From Bacteroides sp. (lineage in GTDB: Bacteria; Bacteroidota; Bacteroidia; Bacteroidales; SM23-62): DNA of 64,000 bases. The notes beneath the pieces are model-generated. The model made no database searches and was not told where the DNA came from. It worked only from the letters and a program-made list of their open reading frames with translations. The stretch is taken from NCBI GenBank assembly GCA_011053095.1, contig DRHS01000127.1, positions 27,035 through 91,034 of the forward strand, in the 5' to 3' direction. This document shows, one piece after another, positions 1 through 8,972 of this stretch. The position numbers were made by a program, and so were the translations under genes. How positions within the stretch are numbered: the first letter of the stretch is position 1; each line of letters opens with the position of its first letter.

Positions 1-30
1 GGCTGTATAACAAATGTATAAAATCCCTGC

Positions 31-768
31 TCATTTTAACCAGGGACCGGGATCAATCCTGTACAGGGCTGCCGGGAATTCGGTCATTTCACAGGATATA
101 TATACCCTTTCGGGGGAAGAAATAACAATGCCTTCGGTCTGCAGATCGATCAGGGCCGGGTAATCAAAACGGAAAGTCTTAGCATGGGAATAGTCAACCG
201 GATTAAAATCATTAAGGATCCATACAAAAGGCACATAATCCTTATAGCCGCAGAACATAATAAAACTGCTGTCAGGGCTCATATCCACCCCGGTAATGAG
301 TCCATCGGCCTGATACGTTTTCCGGGGATGGAGTTCATACTCACCGGGATTTGTGCTGCAGGTATAGAGAGTGGTTGACCGGGTTTCCCAGTCCTTTGTA
401 AACAGGTACAGGCTGTCTGCAAAGGCAAATACGGCTTCACAGTCATATGCACTTCTTTTTAAAGGATTATTTTTCTCACGGTTTGCATAACTGTACTTAA
501 TTATACCTGCAGTGATCACTGCATTTCCTGAGGAGGGTATGGAATCTTTCGGAAGTTTATAAATTTTCAATGTCTCCCTGCGCCCCTGATTATTTCCGAC
601 ATCACATATATATACATACTTCTCATCCTGAGCAAGTGATTCCCAGTCCCTGTTCCTGCCGTTCTCCAGCATGATGGCCTGGAGTACCTTGCCTGTCTGC
701 GGGTCAAGGGCGAATAATACCGGCTCACCCCCACTGTCATTAACAGTCCACAGTTTACCATCAAACAT
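31..768 (-). CDS. hypothetical protein, beta-propeller-like (SdiA-regulated/phytase-like flavour)
   Basis: 245-aa ORF with no motif I can assign firmly. An in-frame hydrophobic stretch upstream (to 846) has no ATG/GTG/TTG, so the true N-terminus is uncertain. Confidence 0.55.
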   Translation of the reverse strand: MFDGKLWTVNDSGGEPVLFALDPQTGKVLQAIMLENGRNRDWESLAQDEKYVYICDVGNNQGRRETLKIYKLPKDSIPSSGNAVITAGIIKYSYANREKNNPLKRSAYDCEAVFAFADSLYLFTKDWETRSTTLYTCSTNPGEYELHPRKTYQADGLITGVDMSPDSSFIMFCGYKDYVPFVWILNDFNPVDYSHAKTFRFDYPALIDLQTEGIVISSPERVYISCEMTEFPAALYRIDPGPWLK

Positions 769-878
769 GATAAGTCCTGAATTCTCAGGCAGTGATAAGG
801 AGGGCTGCCAGAATAGTAGTAAAAGAATATCTGGTATGGATACCTGTTATCGCCAAAATGACACCCTTTGTATCATTT

Positions 879-1124
879 TTATGAGTCCTTCTTCCCAGGG
901 GTAAACCGAATAAGAAGACTTGCGAGTCCCCTGATAAACAGCAGAAGCACATAGACTATCAGCGAAACAATCACAACGATATGCAGGCTGGTGAAAAGCT
1001 CGGCCAGGGAGGTCTTATACTTAATTATGGAATAAATATTAAAAACGAAGGCGATTGCAAGGCTGATTATCAGCCACCTGAGTTCTGTTTTTATCCTTTT
1101 ACCGGAGATTGTGATATCCTTCAT
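879..1124 (-). CDS. small integral membrane protein (2 predicted TM helices)
   Basis: 81-aa ORF with two long hydrophobic segments. It lies 14 nt downstream of the oxidoreductase gene on the same strand. Confidence 0.5.
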   Translation of the reverse strand: MKDITISGKRIKTELRWLIISLAIAFVFNIYSIIKYKTSLAELFTSLHIVVIVSLIVYVLLLFIRGLASLLIRFTPGKKDS

Positions 1125-1137
1125 TATTCTTCAGTAT

Positions 1138-2397
1138 TTATTTTGTTAATTTGAATTCATCGGGCCAGGTCACCACCCTGTGCTCCATCATAGCCTGGTC
1201 GCCAAGCAGGGATGCAATCGTTGCATTGTAGCCTTCTTCCAGGTTACCGGGTATTTTCCTGTTTTCTCTTACCGAATTAACAAAAGCCTCCATCTGCATA
1301 TCAGAACCATCCGAGTTCAGCGCATCCGTGATAAATGTTCCCTTATCCTCATTGGGATCCTCGGGTACCCAGGAAGCTCCGCCAATCGGAATAACATCGA
1401 AAATGTTTTTTTCGATCTGGTTAATCAGCTGTAGAATACCCGGGGCAGGGGGTGGATTTTCAAGGTAGAATTTAGCAGTTTCCATTTCCAGGGTTCCCAG
1501 TGGACCCATTGCCTGCAGCTCACATCCGTATTTCTCATTACTGGAAACCGAATCGTAAATAAAATGGGTCCCCGAAGGGTATCTATAGATCAGGTTAACA
1601 TTATCGAATACCTCACGACCATCTTTCCAGTAATTTATGGTCCCGGATCCGGAAATTTCATGTGGGACCTCACCGAGTATCCAGTTACCCACCTGTAAAT
1701 GGTGAGATGCAAGTTCAGTCATTAGTCCCCTGCTATACTCCCGGTACAACCTCCAGTTGATCTTCCTCTCGAGATCCGGTGATGGAACTTTTCTACGCCA
1801 GTCGCTATTGCGATGCCATGACGCTCTTATCTGAGTAATCGGTCCAAGCTTTCCTTCCTGTATCATTTCAATGCCCTTGAGAAACCGGATGCTGAATAGA
1901 CGCTGGTGCCCTATCTGCAGATTACGGCCGGTGTCCCTGCTGGCATTTACCATCTCAAGACTGTCCTGTAGAGTCTCTGCCATGGACTTTTCACAGAATA
2001 CATGCTTGCCCTTGTTTAGGGCAGCGATGGTTATATGGGCATGTTCGTTCAGGGGTGTAGCAATTACCACAGCCTGGATCTCGTCCATTTCCAGTAATTC
2101 CGTGTAATCGGTAAAAGCTTTTGCATTTTTACCGACCATCTCTCCTGCACGTTCCAGGTTTGCAGGATAATTGTCGCAATATGCGACAATTTCCACAGCC
2201 GGATTGGCAAGAAGGTGTGAGGTAAGATACCTCCCCCTTGATCCTACGCCGATCAAGCCCAGTTTCACAACCGAGGGTGAACCTGCTTCCTGTGCGAGCA
2301 GGGGACTTAACCATGAATTTGAGCTCAGCATCGTTGCTCCTGCAAGCATACTGAATCCTTTAATGAATTCTCTTCTTTTAAGCTGGTTATCAATCAT
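1138..2397 (-). CDS. Gfo/Idh/MocA family oxidoreductase with Tat signal
   Basis: N-terminal KRREFIKGFSMLAGATML twin-arginine signal. Rossmann motif GLIGVGSRG. EKSMA (EKP-like) motif typical of the Gfo/Idh/MocA family. Confidence 0.9.
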   Translation of the reverse strand: MIDNQLKRREFIKGFSMLAGATMLSSNSWLSPLLAQEAGSPSVVKLGLIGVGSRGRYLTSHLLANPAVEIVAYCDNYPANLERAGEMVGKNAKAFTDYTELLEMDEIQAVVIATPLNEHAHITIAALNKGKHVFCEKSMAETLQDSLEMVNASRDTGRNLQIGHQRLFSIRFLKGIEMIQEGKLGPITQIRASWHRNSDWRRKVPSPDLERKINWRLYREYSRGLMTELASHHLQVGNWILGEVPHEISGSGTINYWKDGREVFDNVNLIYRYPSGTHFIYDSVSSNEKYGCELQAMGPLGTLEMETAKFYLENPPPAPGILQLINQIEKNIFDVIPIGGASWVPEDPNEDKGTFITDALNSDGSDMQMEAFVNSVRENRKIPGNLEEGYNATIASLLGDQAMMEHRVVTWPDEFKLTK

Positions 2398-2403
2398 AAT
2401 TAA

Positions 2404-3351
2404 TTACTCAATATTATATTTCTGTACTTGGGGCATGCCTGTTTCATTATACTTTATTTCAACGGCCCTGCAGTCAGGAAATTTTGCAAGCAGGGAAATT
2501 TTTTCTTCTTCCGAAGCTGCTAATAGTGCCGTAGACAAAATTTCTGCCTCTATTGCCAGCTTTGATACTGCACTAACATGCTGAAAACCAGGATCAATTA
2601 ATCCCTTCCTTGGATGCAGTACATGTGCATTCTGACCACCCCTGGTATTGTTTGGTCCCGTTCCAGATGTTGAAAGTGACTCATCAGCTAAATCAAAATC
2701 AAATATACTTTCTCCAGGCTTTAACAGGTGGCTGATTCCTGATTTCCATCCCTTCCCGTGAGGGTGATTTCCAATGGCAAGAATCGAACTATCGCCAAAA
2801 CTAATAAAAGCATCCGTAATTTCCATGCTTGCCAGCTGAGTTTTTATGCCATCAAGTGCAAATCCTTTGCCAAACCCTCCCAGGTCGATTTCAACCTGAT
2901 CATTCAGAAATTTAACAGATTTTTCTGCCGGGTCAAGAGACAACTTGTCCATACCGGTATGTTGGAGCAGCTCAGAAATTATCGACGATTCGATCCTCCC
3001 ACTCTTATTCTCAGATGTTACTTTTCCCATACTTATGTCAAACAATCCTGAAGTTTTATTGTAATACTCCATGCATAGTTCGAGTACTGCGTATATTTCC
3101 TCTCCCACTGTTACAGGTTTTTTGGCAGCAATCCTGTTTATCATGCTTATGGGACTGTTCGGATCGAAATGGCTTAGTTTATCTTCAAGATCTGAAATCC
3201 CGGCATAGATAATTTCAAAGGCCTGTTCTGCCTTTTCCTCCTCCAATCCGTGCATTATAACATCCAGTCTCGTACCCATTGACTGGCAGTGATTATGATA
3301 GAGACCGTGTTCGCCTGAATAATATGCCGATTCCGAAGATTTCATATCCAT
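2404..3351 (-). CDS. apbE: FAD:protein FMN transferase (ApbE family), no signal peptide
   Basis: 315 aa. ApbE-like core (MGTRLDV..., GGFGKGFALD, SLSTSGT). Only about 25 residues precede the conserved MGT and they are not hydrophobic. An in-frame stop lies just upstream. Confidence 0.85.
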   Translation of the reverse strand: MDMKSSESAYYSGEHGLYHNHCQSMGTRLDVIMHGLEEEKAEQAFEIIYAGISDLEDKLSHFDPNSPISMINRIAAKKPVTVGEEIYAVLELCMEYYNKTSGLFDISMGKVTSENKSGRIESSIISELLQHTGMDKLSLDPAEKSVKFLNDQVEIDLGGFGKGFALDGIKTQLASMEITDAFISFGDSSILAIGNHPHGKGWKSGISHLLKPGESIFDFDLADESLSTSGTGPNNTRGGQNAHVLHPRKGLIDPGFQHVSAVSKLAIEAEILSTALLAASEEEKISLLAKFPDCRAVEIKYNETGMPQVQKYNIE

Positions 3352-3432
3352 GAATTCAATTCACAAAAATACTCAGTATTTTTAATAATTTTTTGTTGGC
3401 AATGTGTATTTTTCCGGCCTAATACTATTTTT

Positions 3433-4473
3433 ATGAACAAAACAGGTGTCGGACTTGCTTCCTTTGGGCTGTCAGGTCAGGTATTTCACGGGCCACTTAT
3501 TAAAGTGAATCCCTCATTTAAGATAAGAACCATACTGGAACGAAGCCGGAATATTTCAGAAAAGCACTTTCCGGATGCCCGGATTGTAAGAACATTCAAG
3601 GAATTAACTGAAGATAATAATATTGATCTCATAATTGTAAACACACCTGATCCTTATCATTACGAGATGACACTGGAAGCTCTACTGGCCGGCAAATCTG
3701 TTATTGTGGAAAAGCCTTTTGTACAGGATAGCAGGAAGGGACGGGAACTAATTGACCTGGCAAATAAGAAAGGCCTGTTACTGAGTGTATTTCAAAACAG
3801 GAGGTGGGACGGGGATTTCCTGACCATTCAAAAAATCATTGAAGAGGAACGGCTGGGAAGGCTGGTCGAATATGAAGCACATTTTGACCGTTTCCGAAAT
3901 CATATCCAGGAAAATTCATGGAAAGAAACACCGGGATCAGGCAGCATATTGTACAACCTTGGATCCCACCTTATCGACCAGACCATGGTATTGTTCGGCA
4001 AACCGGATAATGTATTTGCTGATATCAGGTCCATGCGTACTGATTCTTCCGTCGATGACGCATTTACAATACTGATGGCATACACCGGGGTTAAGGTTAC
4101 ACTAAAAGCAAGTTACCTTGTAAAGGAGGCGGGTCCAAGGTTTTACCTCCACGGTACCCATGGATCCTATCTTAAGCACGGAATCGATCCACAGGAGGAT
4201 GCACTTAAGGCAGGTGAATTGCCAGGGGGTGAGGACTGGGGAAAAGAGAAGGAATCGGAGTGGGGACAAATGAATACGGAAGTAAGGGGAAATCCCTTCA
4301 ACGAAAAATACGAGACAATCCCGGGCCGGTATACAGCCTACTATGAAGACATTGCCAGGGCTTTGAAAGAAGGAACCCCTCCCCTGGTCACAGCAGAGCA
4401 GGCCAACCTTGTCATCAGGGTTATTGAAGCTGCAAAGGAAAGTAATAAAACAGGAAAGAGGATCCCCGTTTAA
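3433..4473 (+). CDS. Gfo/Idh/MocA family oxidoreductase (cytoplasmic)
   Basis: N-terminal GLASFGLSGQVFH Rossmann fold, VEKPF motif, 346 aa. Confidence 0.9.
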   Translation: MNKTGVGLASFGLSGQVFHGPLIKVNPSFKIRTILERSRNISEKHFPDARIVRTFKELTEDNNIDLIIVNTPDPYHYEMTLEALLAGKSVIVEKPFVQDSRKGRELIDLANKKGLLLSVFQNRRWDGDFLTIQKIIEEERLGRLVEYEAHFDRFRNHIQENSWKETPGSGSILYNLGSHLIDQTMVLFGKPDNVFADIRSMRTDSSVDDAFTILMAYTGVKVTLKASYLVKEAGPRFYLHGTHGSYLKHGIDPQEDALKAGELPGGEDWGKEKESEWGQMNTEVRGNPFNEKYETIPGRYTAYYEDIARALKEGTPPLVTAEQANLVIRVIEAAKESNKTGKRIPV

Positions 4474-4529
4474 TTCAGCAAGATCCTCTTCCGTATTGGT
4501 GAAATCCACCGGATTGTCTGGCGGCTTGT

Positions 4530-5639
4530 TTATTTCTGTGAAAATTCTTCGAAAATCACCTCCATTTGTTCTGCACTTATATGAGACCCAGATCTTATAT
4601 GGAGACGATGTTTGAAAATCATTGATTCTCCTGGCATAAGTATAACCTGTACTGGTTCTGCGGTCTCATCGAAAGCTTTAGCACCAAGATTATTAACTGA
4701 GAAGAGCCCATACCCCCTTGCATGCCAGTGTGATGGATAGCCGGAATTATCAGGATGGTCTAATATGCAAATACTAATGTCTTCCTCAGCTATGTTCGAT
4801 GAGAGGCTTATCCAACGTGCCTTCTTTCCCCATGCATCCTCTCCTTCAAAGCCGTCAGAATTCAGGTAGTGTCCGTTTACACCTTCATTATCAAGCTTCT
4901 TAACTTCCTCAGCAATGCCATTTGCATCTGTAAAAACCTGAGGTTCATCTGAGGGATGTTCAAATTCCCTTGCGACCCGGATAGCAAACATTCCTTCCTT
5001 GTTATCTGTAAATACGACTTCATCTTCCTGGGCTGTAAGCTGTGTAATCCTGTCTATGGTACGGGTATTCTCATCTCCGCTGAATTCCAGGATTGTATTT
5101 TCCTGCAGCAGGGTATGCCATGACCCGTCTTCTGCAGGCACCTGCCAGTCTGCCGCTACCTCAAGAATACCCACAGATTCCCGGCTTTCGGCACGTTTTA
5201 CTCCCCTGTGAAGTACCCTGCCATAATGGGCTTTCCTTTCTGCAGGAATTGCATTGGAATTATTCCAGAAATCAAAGCCATTGACGTCTCCGAAATTGAA
5301 CCAGACCCCCACATGGTGAGGATGGTCAACCCTCTCTCCTGCCTTTGGTTCCAGGGGGTATCCACGGGTAACAGCGGTTCCTTCAGATGTACGAATGGGA
5401 AAAAGAACCGGCTTTTCAAGATCAGAAGGATAAATGTAAGAAGTAAATATATCTCCGTCTATAAATACATCCACCTTGTTTTCCTCACGAAAATCAACCA
5501 GGATTACTCCCTTTTTCAGGGGAGTTGCAGTATCCTGGCTTTCAGCAGCTGGTTTTTGACCCGACTTGCAGGATGACATGAGTACTACCAATGTAAGTGA
5601 TACCCTCAGAAAAGTTTTTAATAAAACATTTGTTTGCAT
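4530..5639 (-). CDS. PmoA-like / DUF6807 family lipoprotein
   Basis: Lipoprotein signal (LVVLMSSC). DHPHHVGVWFNFGDVNG motif characteristic of the PmoA-like DUF6807 family. Confidence 0.75.
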   Translation of the reverse strand: MQTNVLLKTFLRVSLTLVVLMSSCKSGQKPAAESQDTATPLKKGVILVDFREENKVDVFIDGDIFTSYIYPSDLEKPVLFPIRTSEGTAVTRGYPLEPKAGERVDHPHHVGVWFNFGDVNGFDFWNNSNAIPAERKAHYGRVLHRGVKRAESRESVGILEVAADWQVPAEDGSWHTLLQENTILEFSGDENTRTIDRITQLTAQEDEVVFTDNKEGMFAIRVAREFEHPSDEPQVFTDANGIAEEVKKLDNEGVNGHYLNSDGFEGEDAWGKKARWISLSSNIAEEDISICILDHPDNSGYPSHWHARGYGLFSVNNLGAKAFDETAEPVQVILMPGESMIFKHRLHIRSGSHISAEQMEVIFEEFSQK

Positions 5640-5710
5640 GATTGAGGTTTAGATATTGATGGTTTATTGATGATTGGTTATTAGTAAAATTAATAAATTC
5701 TGGTTCAGCG

Positions 5711-6463
5711 CTATTCTGAGACATCTTTGTACAACCTGCTTTTACGTATCCCGGTCTTTGCCAGAAAGTAGCCCAGAGACACACCGAGGACTCCAAATCC
5801 GTATTTCATGCTCCGGCGGACATTGATAGATGAGGCTTCTTTAAAGTATTTTGTGGGACAGGTGATCTCTGCGATTTCAAATCCACCAAAAAATATCTGG
5901 GCAAGCATCTGGTTATCAAAAACGAAATCATCCGAATTCGCCTGAAAATTTATACTCTTCAGCACATTAGATGAAAAAGCACGGTACCCTGTATGGTATT
6001 CCGACAACTTCTGGTTCATTAAAAGATTCTGAAAAAGTGTCAGGAAACGGTTAGCTATATATTTATAATACGGCATTCCTCCTTTGAGAGCACCCTTTCC
6101 CAGAATCCTCGATCCGAGAACAACCTCATAAACATCGTTGGCAATCAGGTAGCACATTGAATGAATGAGTCGGGGATCGTATTGGTAATCAGGATGGAGC
6201 ATCACTACAATATCTGAATCAATCTCTAATGCCTTTATATAACATGACTTTTGGTTCCCTCCGTATCCCAGATTATTTTCATGTTCGATTATATGTTCAA
6301 TTCCAAGTTCGCGGGCTACAGTAAGGGTTTTGTCACTGCTCTGATCATCAACCAGGATTACACTGTCTACAATATCCAAGGGAATCTCACTGAAAGTTTG
6401 AGTCAGAGTCTTCTCTGCATTGTAGGCCGGCAGTACTACGCTTATCTTTTTATCTTTAATCAT
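5711..6463 (-). CDS. family 2 glycosyltransferase (polyprenyl-phosphate sugar transferase, ArnC/DPM1-like)
   Basis: VVLPAYNAEKTL and VDDQSSD (DxD region) motifs, with a C-terminal amphipathic/TM tail. Confidence 0.9.
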   Translation of the reverse strand: MIKDKKISVVLPAYNAEKTLTQTFSEIPLDIVDSVILVDDQSSDKTLTVARELGIEHIIEHENNLGYGGNQKSCYIKALEIDSDIVVMLHPDYQYDPRLIHSMCYLIANDVYEVVLGSRILGKGALKGGMPYYKYIANRFLTLFQNLLMNQKLSEYHTGYRAFSSNVLKSINFQANSDDFVFDNQMLAQIFFGGFEIAEITCPTKYFKEASSINVRRSMKYGFGVLGVSLGYFLAKTGIRKSRLYKDVSE

Positions 6464-6469
6464 CGCAGG

Positions 6470-8125
6470 CTAATCATTATCTGGTTTGTCTCTCTTACAG
6501 AATGTGAACCCGTTCTTCTCATATATCACTTCAAGTTCCGGGTAATTCTCCTGGAAATAATCAAGCGTCTTACTTCTAAGAATGAAATAGGCTGTTTTAT
6601 CTATATCACCCTGAGCGAGCCAGGCCTGATCCTGAGCCTTCACATTGACCGGAACAGGCTTTGCAGCATAAAAAAGGTGGGCATAGCTTTTCATGCCCAG
6701 TGTGGAGACATAACAGTCTTCACCCTGTCTTTCTTCACAGAATTCTATCAGGGCTTTCTGGGAATAGCCTTCAATTTTTCCGGCTGTAAGAAACAGCACC
6801 AGGTTGAGAAAAATGGTAACATTAAGAAACATTACAACATATGCTATTTTCTTGTCTTGCTTTAACAGAATAAGTGATGCTACAATACCCAGAATAAACA
6901 AAACGCCAATCAGTCCCTCGAAACCTGACCAGTAAACATCCGACATTATATTCGCCTGTGCAAAAGGATCCTGAAAAAAACCAAGCTCTATTAGCCAGTC
7001 AATCCTTGAAGCAAGCACCGGTGTAAGGGTGAAAATTATTCCAATGAGAATGCCTACTGAGGCATATATGATATTCAGCCAGCGATAGTTCTTGATCCTT
7101 TTGTGGATGACCTTGTAAATTACATAGGCGCCCAGGAAACTAAGGGGGAAATAACACAGCGATGAATAGTGAACTATTTTGGTCTTCACAAGGGTAAACG
7201 TAATCAGGACCACCCAGAATAAAACGATCATCCAGAACTTGAAACGTTTTTGGAAATTTGAGTCATAATAGCTCCTTCTAAAACCTTTAAGTGCAAAAAT
7301 TGAAACTGGAAAAACCCCGAGAAGAAGTACAACAAAATGATAAAGAAAAAACCCGCCATGACCAGAATCCTGTGTTTGCATCAATTGGATCTGGTACCTG
7401 ATAAAATCGAGTATGACACTGAAGTTCCCGACTGCAATTTGAATGAGATACCATGCCCCTCCAACAACAATCAATATCCCTGAGAATGCAAGTATCTCTG
7501 TCCAAAAGATCTTCAGCCTGAATTTATTCAGAGACCAAAAAATGAAAATAGTCAGTCCGAAAAGAAGTATGGATACCGGTCCCTTGGTCAGGTTGGCCAG
7601 TCCCAGAAGAACCGCCGACAGAACCAGGTTTTGCCATTTTTTCTTACCCCGATCTGCTTCAAGGAAATAGATCATATTTACCATGGCGGTAAAAATGAAC
7701 AGGTTAAACCAGGGATCTATAATACCGGATTTAAAATACAGGAACGGCAGGAATGATCCTATATAGGCAATAACCCAGAACCATCCGAATTCTGAATCGT
7801 ACAGGCGACGGCCAACCCTGAATAAAACAACAAGAGTGAGCATTCCACAGAGCACATTTGGCAGGCGGGCAGCAAACTCATTAATACCGAATATTTTCAT
7901 CGACAGAACCTGCATCCAGATAAATAAAGGAGGTTTCTGCCAGAAAGGAATAAAATCTATTTGAACAGTGAGATAATCTCCTGTAAGTATCATTTCCCTG
8001 GCAGACTCAGCAAAATTTATCTCATCCCAGTCAAAAAGATGAAGTCCCCCGATAAATGGAATAAATAACAGCAGCCCCATCAGGGCGATGAGAATCTCAG
8101 TAAATATGGGATTGTTCCTGAACAC
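6470..8125 (-). CDS. ArnT/PMT-like (GT39/GT83) polyprenyl-phosphate-dependent glycosyltransferase
   Basis: 551-aa polytopic membrane protein. N-terminal loop DWDEINFAESAREM (DE..YAE.AREM-type motif). GTG start at 8125. Confidence 0.85.
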   Translation of the reverse strand: MFRNNPIFTEILIALMGLLLFIPFIGGLHLFDWDEINFAESAREMILTGDYLTVQIDFIPFWQKPPLFIWMQVLSMKIFGINEFAARLPNVLCGMLTLVVLFRVGRRLYDSEFGWFWVIAYIGSFLPFLYFKSGIIDPWFNLFIFTAMVNMIYFLEADRGKKKWQNLVLSAVLLGLANLTKGPVSILLFGLTIFIFWSLNKFRLKIFWTEILAFSGILIVVGGAWYLIQIAVGNFSVILDFIRYQIQLMQTQDSGHGGFFLYHFVVLLLGVFPVSIFALKGFRRSYYDSNFQKRFKFWMIVLFWVVLITFTLVKTKIVHYSSLCYFPLSFLGAYVIYKVIHKRIKNYRWLNIIYASVGILIGIIFTLTPVLASRIDWLIELGFFQDPFAQANIMSDVYWSGFEGLIGVLFILGIVASLILLKQDKKIAYVVMFLNVTIFLNLVLFLTAGKIEGYSQKALIEFCEERQGEDCYVSTLGMKSYAHLFYAAKPVPVNVKAQDQAWLAQGDIDKTAYFILRSKTLDYFQENYPELEVIYEKNGFTFCKRDKPDND

Positions 8126-8134
8126 TTTATGATC

Positions 8135-8800
8135 TTACTTCTTTCTGTCTTTGAAGATCGTCAATATTGAGCGATCAAGCCATTCCGGTTTCAAACCTTG
8201 AAAATACCAATAAAAAAACAAAGCTGAAAGAGTTCCGAGAACTGACCCCGCCAGCACATCAGCCAGAAAATGCTGGGAAAGGTAAACTCTTGATACAGCA
8301 ACAGCCCAGGACAGGATAATGCCTGTCAGGAATACCATCCTGTTCCTGAATATCAATCCGGCAAGTAGCAGAACTGCAAAGGCTGTTGTGGTGTGTCCGG
8401 AAGGAAAACTCATGGTATGGTGGAGTTCCACACCGGCGACAGTATCGATTCCGGGCATCTGATCAAGAAAAGCAGCCGGCCTTAATGCACCGGAGAATAC
8501 GATCCTTTTCAGAAACTGTGCTATTAATCCGGAAATACTGAACGAGAGAAAAAGCATCAGAAAATACCTGAAACGTAAAAACAGAAAGCAAAGAGAAAAA
8601 ACTACTGCAAACCAACCATCTCCAAGCCAGGTTACAGACTTAAAAAAAACATCCAGCACATCTGTATGGTTATTGTTCATCAGGAGATGAAGCTGAAGTT
8701 TAGGTATGGCAAGCACCAGAATTATCCCCGCGATTAAAACCAGGTCGTACAATATAAATCCAGACTTATATTTTTTTATCAGTTCCAGCATTTTTTCCAA
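8135..8800 (-). CDS. PAP2 superfamily phosphatase (lipid phosphate / lipid A phosphatase-like)
   Basis: PAP2 motifs KRIVFSGALRP, PSGHT and SRVYLSQHFLADV. The 8800 start is TTG; the ATG at 8791 is a likely alternative. Confidence 0.85.
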   Translation of the reverse strand: MEKMLELIKKYKSGFILYDLVLIAGIILVLAIPKLQLHLLMNNNHTDVLDVFFKSVTWLGDGWFAVVFSLCFLFLRFRYFLMLFLSFSISGLIAQFLKRIVFSGALRPAAFLDQMPGIDTVAGVELHHTMSFPSGHTTTAFAVLLLAGLIFRNRMVFLTGIILSWAVAVSRVYLSQHFLADVLAGSVLGTLSALFFYWYFQGLKPEWLDRSILTIFKDRKK

Positions 8801-8972
8801 AAACCAAATATAAGGATTTTATGAGCTTCAGATATAAGTGTAATTTTTACGCTTGTTGGAAAATCCATGAGTTTACCGGAAGTAAAAATCAGAAATCCCA
8901 AGTATTTTTGGATAATTTTTGAATTGCATTTGGACTTCATATTCCATATATTTACTTATAAAATAGGTAAAT

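Noticed and set aside
2326-2346. LAGATML in the oxidoreductase as a possible ApbE flavinylation motif (..GA[ST])
   Set aside because: It lies within the hydrophobic core of the Tat signal peptide, which is cleaved off, and it lacks the upstream Asp context. It is most likely coincidental.
6251-6865. 204-aa plus-strand ORF spanning the GT2/ArnT-like gene junction; similarly 8952-9428 (-) over ppk2, 12683-13144 (-) over galM, 43845-44369 (+) over gltD and 16482-16943 (-) over the ABC gene
   Set aside because: Each is antisense to a gene with strong family motifs, and none has recognisable motifs of its own.
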